Of a stretch of 64,000 bases of DNA, positions 63,421 through 64,000 are shown one piece after another (the first letter of the stretch is position 1; each line of letters begins with the position of its first letter). The position numbers and the translations under genes are program-made. Under the pieces are notes generated by a model, which was given only the letters and a program-made list of their open reading frames with translations, did not search any database and was not told the origin of the DNA. The DNA is from Balanoglossus misakiensis (taxonomy: Eukaryota > Animalia > Hemichordata), in assembly GCA_040954595.2 (NCBI GenBank), contig CM082578.2, positions 13,236,304 to 13,300,303 on the forward strand, read 5' to 3'.

Positions 63421-64000
63421 GTAAATATACCGTTTAGGGTTCGTCGCTACCACAAACTTTTAAAATGTACACGTTAAAATCAATTTCACCGATGCGTGGG
63501 TTCGGCAAGAATATGGTCACATTTGTCAATTCTGGGCGAAAATCTCAAATATACATGTAGAGAGAAAACAGGCTACTTTCAGCTATAGGGGGCGCTTTTC
63601 TTGCCACAAGTTTTCATGTGGTGAAAATGTTAACAAAAACTCACGCACGGGGATATGCTGGTAGTGTTTTTCCTTTTAAAAAAGTTTGTTAACGCTCCTC
63701 TTTTAGCCCACCTGTAGAAGACAGAGGATGGCAACCTGTACATGTCCCATAGACACAAAAGAGGCACATTTCACTCATGTTGATTTTCTGTAAGCTTTAA
63801 TTTAATGCATGTTCACTTGATCATGAAATTCAATCACGAATTGTCAGAAACATTTACAACCACAAACACCACACTGCATCTGCAGCATCCTAAATGTCTG
63901 TGGAAACGTGAGGTGGGTCTGTCTGTCTGTGTATCTGGATGACTGTGTCATTGTTTGCAATTCTGTCCTCAGCAGCCTTCTCTGTCTCTGGGTGGGTTCT

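Overview
Eukaryotic, intron-containing animal genomic DNA, probably a marine invertebrate. A non-vertebrate deuterostome is my guess and cannot be proven here. The first 36 kb carry a head-to-tail cluster of four paralogous class A aminergic-type GPCR genes with intronless coding regions, most like histamine H3/H4 and muscarinic receptors. All four keep Asp3.32 but share unusual pocket residues (Glu4.57, Trp6.51, Lys/Gln6.52, Gln7.42). A 7-exon antisense gene missed by the ORF track lies between receptors 2 and 3. It encodes a 246-aa type I membrane protein (signal peptide, 4 EGF domains, stalk, TM). A gene-poor stretch follows, containing a (GATA)n microsatellite and a 3.46-kb foldback element. 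That element has 6-bp TSDs, TAT..ATA ends (IS3EU-like), a 63-bp minisatellite and a broken SAM-domain ORF in each arm, and Harbinger-like elements nested inside. The window ends with a complete 22-exon APEH (acylamino-acid-releasing enzyme) gene on the minus strand. All gene models and residue numbering were made by eye.
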